Source: Octopus sinensis (taxonomy: Eukaryota). Taken from it: 64,000 nucleotides of DNA. The stretch covers positions 172,236,001 through 172,300,000 of the forward strand of contig NC_042998.1 in assembly GCF_006345805.1 (NCBI RefSeq), in the 5' to 3' direction. Shown here piece by piece: positions 60,918-64,000 of this stretch. Numbering within the stretch: position 1 is the first letter of the stretch; each line of letters opens with the position of its first letter. The notes beneath the pieces were generated by a model, which saw only the letters and a list, made by a program, of their open reading frames with translations, did not search any database and was not told the DNA's origin. A program made the position numbers and the translations under genes.

Positions 60918-62496
60918 TGATGACTAAGACAGTTAAACCTGAGATTTGATGTAAAAAAAAAAAATGTTAGAAATGTTTTAAAGAATTAGGATGAATGGAA
61001 ATAGTAGTTATCTTGGCAAAGATTTGAAGAAATGAGATTTTGGGAAGTAAATTCTTCTATATTGTAATTTATTGATGACTTTTCGATCATTTAGCTGTTA
61101 AGATGTGATTGTAATATTTTCAACTTATTATAACCACTGAAATGTTAGGTATAGGTGAGGACAGCATATTTGGGGTGAGTAAACATCTAATTAATGAAGG
61201 GTAGAAAGTCTTGTTTTTTATATATAGTTTTGCAAGTGGTTATATTGCCACACTAATCAATTCCACCTGGTCTTGTTAGAATGGTTCTCAAGAGTTATGG
61301 CATTCAGCAGTAATGCAATTCTTATTACTGGGAAATCCAAATCCTGTGATGCCTCATCATTATTTCTTGTCATATTTACTCATGATCAAAACCACATGAT
61401 CCAGTGATAGCCTTAACCTATAATAGCATTGCTCTTATGATAACTTTTGCATTCTATTACTGCCAAGAGCAATTTCACAGGGCGTAATGAGAGTTTTGGT
61501 TAGGTTCTGTATTTCTCCATCATAAGAATTTGTTGGAACAACATCTTAGTTTAAAAAACTACCTAGTGGCAACAGATAGACAGAAAAGCTGACACTGGAT
61601 GCCCTAGAAGCTGAAGAAGAAGCAGAGACTGACAACAAACAAGATAAAAGGATGAATTAGTGATTGACACCAAAAGCTGAAGTTTGTGGTGAGATAGAGG
61701 GGATGACATTTGCACAGCAGTGAGAGAACAATGGCTGATTTGATTGGTTGATTGAAACTACTTATCAATATACATAATTACATTGATTTTTTTCTTTACT
61801 GTACTGAACCAGTTTTATAAAGTGTTAGTGTATGAATTGTCCATGGTACACTCCTAGCATAGGAATGTACTAGGGGCAATTGGCATGAATCATAAGCAGA
61901 AAGAAAATAACTTATTCCTGTGATATACGAACATGGAACATGAAGGAAACACACCAAATATTGAAAACATCTAACCTTGACTCTAATTTTCTTTTTACAC
62001 CTCTCACACACAACAATTGATAACAAGAATATCTTTCACTTCACCACACAATTTTTTTCTGTGTGGGAAGGTATGATTAAATATATTTATCCATTGTATT
62101 ACTGAAATTCGATAATAAAAACAAGTTAGTTCTTTTGGTGTTAGTGTTTAGGATTGTGTACCTCGGAATTAAATACTATAAAATGTATAATTGCTATTTT
62201 GTCAACTTATGACTAGTTGGATTTTGAGATAGAAATTGAGATATCAAAATAAGTACAGTTAAAAGTTAGTCTTACTTTAATACATCCGTTATATTATTTC
62301 CCATTACATACTGCATTATATGTTTATTTTGAGATGTTTTGTTACATTAATTATGGCATTAACTTCATGTTTATCAATATATGATTACCTTTGGGCTTCT
62401 AAATGATCATTTTTTTTTTTTATCTTTCTAGCTTAGAGATAAAACACCCGTACACAAAGATATTATTGTTGCTAGAGGAATTCCTCCGAAACGAAG
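16008..62496 (+). CDS. PPP1R12A: Myosin phosphatase targeting subunit (MYPT1/PPP1R12A-B-C pro-ortholog, Mbs-like), partial multi-exon CDS: join(16008..16138,50447..50565,54966..55125,58426..58570,60365..60439,62432..62496)
   Basis: The spliced frame is open across six exons: ACIDDKIDMVKFLVDNGADVDVCDNEGWTPLHATASCGFTDIAQ-YLISTCANIAAVNNDGDLPLDICEDAKMEKLLQEEMNRQG-VDAEAARREEEEMMLSDANQWLNSNCVTERPHAKTGAVALHVAAAKGYIKVMH-LLIQAKANVNIKDSDGWTPLHAAAHWGQDRACKILAENFCDMDSKNNA-GQTAFDVADTELLSLLEELKKKQAM-LRDKTPVHKDIIVARGIPPKR. It matches the MYPT1 ankyrin region as recalled (ACIDDNVDMVKFLV..., EAARKEEE..., GQTAFDVAD...). The symbol is family-level; the specific paralog is not resolvable. Confidence 0.95.
17541..18566 (+). 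repeat. 58-bp direct repeat pair (17541-17598 and 18509-18566)
   Basis: atcattattaagatRatgtctggaacattttaaagggttcctataYRcaaaattataa; 55/58 identical; 968 bp apart. Confidence 0.95.
19480..19630 (-). mobile_element. Degenerate SINE, octopus-type family 2
   Basis: Minus strand ctgagtttgaatcccactgcgatcaactttgtctttc...aataaaatgaaataccag. Confidence 0.55.
20380..20550 (-). mobile_element. Partial hAT MITE, same family as 43357-43674
   Basis: Reverse complement cagtggttctcagcattttt...atggaccccttagattactattttac...tatagccattcaat aligns to the start of the 43357 element. Confidence 0.65.
21265..21525 (-). mobile_element. RTE 3'-tail fragment (young, 2 subrepeats)
   Basis: catcatcatcatttaacatccgctttccatgctagcatgggttggacgg... 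Confidence 0.88.
21745..21870 (+). mobile_element. Degenerate SINE family 2
   Basis: ggcaaactggcagagtc...agttcaattcccactgggatcaactttgcatttcatc. Confidence 0.5.
21995..22408 (+). mobile_element. Near-intact tRNA-derived SINE family 1
   Basis: A box tggctgtgtgg, B box gagttcagtccc, CpGs retained, internal (GT)/(TA) repeats, tail ggcggtgctccagcatggccgcagtcaaatgactgaaac followed by (TA)n. Confidence 0.92.
22445..23300 (-). mobile_element. Degenerate I/Jockey-group LINE RT fragment
   Basis: Minus-strand SYADNM (~22997-23013), KILRVTYNT, LRTLIGTTFSQQ. Confidence 0.55.
25190..25460 (+). mobile_element. CR1/Jockey-group LINE RT N-terminal fragment
   Basis: LKERALELASALTEFFNLSF...SKVMERAVKNSLLSY-like motifs. 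Confidence 0.5.
25579..26799 (-). mobile_element. Near full-length mariner (1221 bp) with both TIRs and TA TSD; transposase pseudogene 25651-26613
   Basis: 31-bp TIRs tcaggtcattaagaatgaaatgtctgatttt / tcaggtgattaagaatggaatgtccgatttt (28/31), TA at 25577-78 and 26800-01. HTH N-terminus, RVPHEL (WVPHEL), CDEKG, NARPH, HPPY then a deletion, C-terminal GINKLPIKWQNSVDNLGAYFH*. Confidence 0.94.
27315..27383 (+). mobile_element. Isolated young SINE/LINE 3' tail
   Basis: gcggtggtgccccagcatggccgcggccttcgggctaaaac followed by three aaggattt(t) units; CpGs intact. Confidence 0.6.
27465..27498. repeat. Perfect 15-bp hairpin, 4-nt loop
   Basis: tttaagatcttcaaa-cact-tttgaagatcttaaa. Confidence 0.97.
30850..30968 (+). 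repeat. Degenerate ~60-bp tandem duplication
   Basis: Two units of tgaaaa..attaaa....attgaatct.ataa.attt...acaaatcatac. Confidence 0.8.
33585..33930 (-). mobile_element. SINE family 1 head interrupted by a MITE
   Basis: Removing 33686-33908 restores ...gcgaacttcTTAAgcacatggccatgcctg, the reverse complement of the SINE 5' end. Confidence 0.8.
33686..33904. mobile_element. piggyBac-type MITE (~219 bp) with TTAA TSD
   Basis: TTAA|cccttttgatacc ... ggtaacaaaaat|TTAA; TSD at 33682-85 and 33905-08. Confidence 0.78.
34408..34740 (-). mobile_element. RTE 3'-tail fragment (3 subrepeats)
   Basis: catcatcatcttttaacatccgtttcccatgctggcatgggttggacgg...gtgccaccggcac. Confidence 0.88.
37358..37540 (+). 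mobile_element. Unclassified young CpG-rich repeat fragment with (TA)n tail
   Basis: ggggctggccagatcggagtaatctc...ggcttcgaatcgcccgtccg; CpG-dense in a CpG-poor context. Confidence 0.45.
40495..40680 (-). mobile_element. RTE 3'-tail fragment
   Basis: ttccatgttggtatgggctggacag...ctacagctagatgcccttcctaac. Confidence 0.7.
41115..41270 (+). mobile_element. Degenerate SINE family 2
   Basis: ttacattctgagtcaaattctgttggagtcaaatttac...acaagtacca. Confidence 0.5.
43357..43674. mobile_element. hAT MITE (318 bp) with perfect 8-bp TSD
   Basis: TIRs caggggttctcaac / rc cagtggttctaaac; TSD CTCCAACC at 43349-56 and 43675-82. Confidence 0.9.
44050..45125 (+). mobile_element. Ty3/gypsy pol remnant (RT clearest at 44690-45125)
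   Basis: FIKVEVNKLLVEGII..AVLVNKSGGKRHLVVD..INRYTQLDAFPIPLISDVLSQV..FSTVDF..LPFRVTNG..VVCYL. The 5' boundary is tentative. Confidence 0.75.
46845..47000 (+). mobile_element. RTE 3'-tail fragment
   Basis: aaggacatctagctgtaaaaacc...ccagtatggaacagatgttaaatgatgat. Confidence 0.6.
47060..47216 (-). mobile_element. SINE family 1 head
   Basis: Reverse complement ggcacaggcatgggtgtgtggttaaaaagcttgttttgcaaccacatggtttcaggttcagccccattgcatgg. Confidence 0.75.
47301..47576 (-). mobile_element. Possible hAT (Buster/Charlie-like) transposase remnant
   Basis: ISDDNT..KSNYCFQLDET resembles the recalled LSDNTI..FSLQLDEST motif. Confidence 0.4.
48765..49274 (+). mobile_element. RTE 3'UTR fragment with several subrepeats
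   Basis: Repeated gtaaaagcacc units, then ctggtcaaactgtccaacccatgccag...gatgttaaaagatgttgacgatgat. Confidence 0.8.
49296..50173 (-). mobile_element. Internally deleted mariner (878 bp) with both TIRs
   Basis: 29-bp TIRs ttgagtcatcccataaatattgcggtttt / rc tttggtcatcccatgaataatgcagtttt (24/29). ATG at 50013 MEVIKEHVWHILL..CQWWFQKFGAG, FHQDNAWRH, YPPYSLDIAPSDY. Confidence 0.87.
50447..50565 (+). CDS. PPP1R12A: MYPT exon 3 (119 nt, phase 2 to 1)
   Basis: ttttccatttttatAG|ATATCTT...CGCCAAG|GTgagt; AVNNDGDLPLDICED...LLQEEMNRQG. Confidence 0.95.
50765..51125 (-). mobile_element. RTE 3'-tail fragment (3-4 subrepeats)
   Basis: tttctacagctggatgcccttcctaacgccaactactccaagtgtgtagtgggtgcttttacatgccactggcac. 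Confidence 0.88.
51181..51460 (+). mobile_element. Probable LINE ORF2 C-terminal end with two C2H2 fingers, short 3'UTR and microsatellite tail
   Basis: CNVC..HFKIH (shortened) and canonical CNLC-x12-HIRCH, TAG at 51406-08, then gtggtcaaactttgcag...acaactatcata and a compound repeat to ~51680. Confidence 0.55.
54530..54753 (+). mobile_element. RTE 3'-tail fragment
   Basis: gtggttggcgttaggaagggcatccaactatagaaacc...ccagcatggaaaacctatgttaaa..gatgatgat. Confidence 0.82.
54966..55125 (+). CDS. PPP1R12A: MYPT exon 4 (160 nt, phase 1 to 2)
   Basis: tttatttaatttaAG|GTGTGGAT...ATGCA|GTaagt; VDAEAARREEE...ALHVAAAKGY. Confidence 0.95.
55676..55782. repeat. Long (TA)n-(CA)n microsatellite. Similar tracts at ~6536-6562, 37500-37540, 50690-50762, 51460-51680, 52690-52930, 59521-59551, 60545-60606, 60877-60916 and 63820-63930.
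   Basis: Directly visible dinucleotide arrays. Confidence 0.97.
55785..56200 (-). mobile_element. Penelope-like terminal (pLTR-type) fragment hosting a hammerhead motif
   Basis: Bounded by (TA)/(CA) tracts and contains a hammerhead core; the PLE-hammerhead association is established. Confidence 0.55.
55986..56117 (-). ncRNA. Type I hammerhead ribozyme motif with 89-nt loop II
   Basis: Minus strand UAAAAUCU-CUGACGA-AGCC-[89 nt]-GGCU-GAAAC-AGCU-GUA/AGAUAUUA. All core nucleotides are present; stem I 7/8 bp, stem II 4 bp, minimal stem III with palindromic loop. Confidence 0.68.
56830..58150 (-). mobile_element. Degenerate CR1-group LINE RT
   Basis: Minus strand AYDISS..LLTKLHKYG (~57650), VP..LGP-like motif, YAGNIT (YADD position, ~57403-57420). 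Confidence 0.65.
58159..58191. repeat. Perfect 15-bp hairpin, 3-nt loop
   Basis: aatatagaggccttc-aca-gaaggcctctatatt. Confidence 0.97.
58426..58570 (+). CDS. PPP1R12A: MYPT exon 5 (145 nt, phase 2 to 0)
   Basis: ttttttaattgtAG|TTTATTA...AATGCA|GTaagc; KDSDGWTPLHAAAHWG. Confidence 0.96.
60365..60439 (+). CDS. PPP1R12A: MYPT exon 6 (75 nt, phase 0 to 0)
   Basis: tttttcattatttcAG|GGGCAA...GCTATG|GTaata; GQTAFDVADTELLSLLEELKKKQAM. Confidence 0.95.
62432..62496 (+). CDS. PPP1R12A: MYPT exon 7 (65 nt, phase 0 to 2), start of the post-ankyrin region
   Basis: Long T tract + tatctttctAG|CTTAGAGAT...CGAAG|GTtagt; open frame LRDKTPVHKDIIVARGIPPKR. Poorly conserved region, so support is mainly splice signals and phase. 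Confidence 0.8.
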
Positions 62497-62904
62497 GTTA
62501 GTTAATTATTGATTCATATACAATATGAACGTTTTTACTATATTTTCTTAATATAATTTAAACATTGTTAAAAAAAAAGTCTCTAAAAATGGTTTACTTA
62601 TGTGGTTTGTAGATTTTTTTCAAGTATTATACATTCTTTTTGGCAAATCATATCAATGAACTCTCGCTGTCACCCTTCAGGATTTAATAAACAAAGTAGC
62701 TGTTGAATGCTGAAATTGATCCCATTCCCCCAACATTTGTAGCCTTGTGCCAATGTCCGTATTCAGTATTATCTACAACTTGTTTGTCCTTCTGGGCAAA
62801 ACTTAGTTTATAAAAATTTGGCAAAAACAAAGTCTTGTTAAATTTTCTTAAATAATGATTAAAAATTGGACAGACAAGCATTCTTGTGTAGTTGAAACGA
62901 TTGC

Positions 62905-63030
62905 TTAGCAACTATGTGGTAATGGGTTCAGCTCCACTATGTGGCACCCTTTAACAAGCATCTACTTAGCTCTGTACTGATTAATGTTTCTGAATGAATT
63001 TGGTAGATGGAAACTCAGTGTATGTGTGTT
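62905..63030 (+). mobile_element. Degenerate SINE family 1
   Basis: aactatgtggtaatgggttcagctccactatgtggcacc...gaatttggtagatggaaact. Confidence 0.65.
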
Positions 63031-63079
63031 GATTTTTGTCCTTGAAATTCATTTACGCAAAAAGGTGACCAATAAAATG

Positions 63080-63245
63080 TTATCATCATTTACTGTTGGT
63101 CTTTGGATGGTTTGAATGCAGCTAGTAGGTCTGGGGAGTGTGTCAAGCTCCACTGTCTGTTTTGGCCTGATTTTTATTGCTAGATGCCCTTCCTAATGCC
63201 AGCTACTTTACAGAGTGGACTGGATAGGTTTTACCTGGCACAAGT
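63080..63245 (-). mobile_element. RTE 3'-tail fragment
   Basis: tatcatcatt...gctagatgcccttcctaatgccagctactttacagagtg. Confidence 0.65.
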
Positions 63246-63850
63246 GAAGTCACCATATAGCTTGCAAGACAAGAATCCCTCAACTGAGAAAGCCAATGGT
63301 ATCAAAGGAGGTTGCTTTGTGCCTGGTGATGAGTGGTTAAGCTATGATACAGGGACAGAAAGAGGTGGGTACTCTAGTTGGAAGAAGAGAGAGAGTATGA
63401 GAGATGGTGGCAACGTGCCAAGGCACACTCCCAAGGTACATGGATGTGAATTCATCCTATGTCTTCCTGGGTTTCCTTCTTCCACAACTGTGGAAGTATG
63501 TCAAGTGCTTGCCTATGTTTTAATGATGTATGTTGGATGTTAACATCAGCAAGAAAATTGAAAATCAATGCTTTTTCAAAATAACCTGTTGTAATGGATT
63601 TTCTTCACCCAGTTATATCGGCACTCCCTTGTCACTCCCATCATGGAAATTAGAACTCGTGATTAGGTCATTGAAAACACATATATCTAACATTGCATGT
63701 TAATCAATTATGGTGATCTTCAATTATTAAATGACCTATTTTGGACCAGGGTGTTATCATTTCTATAGAATGTGCATGCATATATGTATAATTGAGAATG
63801 TGTTCCTGTCTGAGTATGTGTGAATATCTATGTATGTATGTATGTATGTA

Positions 63851-63882
<32 letters not shown>

Positions 63883-64000
63883 ATATATATATGTTACATA
63901 CATACACATATATATACACATATATACACACATATAACTACACTGAACTGTCTTATAGTGTACAATTAGTGTGTCACATACTGAATTTGAGTGTGACAAA

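Noticed and set aside
61555-61670. Purine-rich stretch reading LDALEAEEEAETDNKQDKRMN* as an extra exon between exons 6 and 7
   Set aside because: No pyrimidine tract or clear donor, it has an in-frame stop, and exons 6 and 7 already join in phase.

Overview
AT-rich, intron-dominated metazoan genomic DNA. The SINE, RTE and MITE families look like those of Octopus (inference from recalled repeat consensus sequences, not a search). The only host gene is on the + strand: six coding exons (probably exons 2-7) of a myosin phosphatase targeting subunit (MYPT1/PPP1R12-family, Drosophila Mbs-like), encoding the ankyrin-repeat region. All six have canonical AG/GT borders and mutually compatible phases. 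Exon 1 (PP1-binding RVxF motif) and the 3' exons lie outside the window. The introns (>16 kb, 34.3 kb, 4.4, 3.3, 1.8 and 2.0 kb) are filled with transposon relics: RTE, CR1 and I-group LINEs, Penelope-like elements, Ty1/copia and Ty3/gypsy fragments, three distinct mariners, hAT and piggyBac-type MITEs, a Chapaev-type transposase and tRNA-derived SINEs. Almost all ORFs in the supplied track are TE fragments or microsatellite noise. Most interesting: (1) a complete type-I hammerhead ribozyme core with an 89-nt loop II on the minus strand (55986-56117); (2) two abutting near-perfect hairpins with unrelated stems but an identical 14-nt loop (7715-7830), plus other perfect hairpins; (3) candidate recursive-splice (AG|GT) sites and a poison mini-exon in the 34-kb intron; (4) inverted RTE-tail pairs flanking a frame-preserving block of exons 3-7. 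Exon numbering assumes one upstream exon. TE boundaries without TSD/TIR support are approximate.
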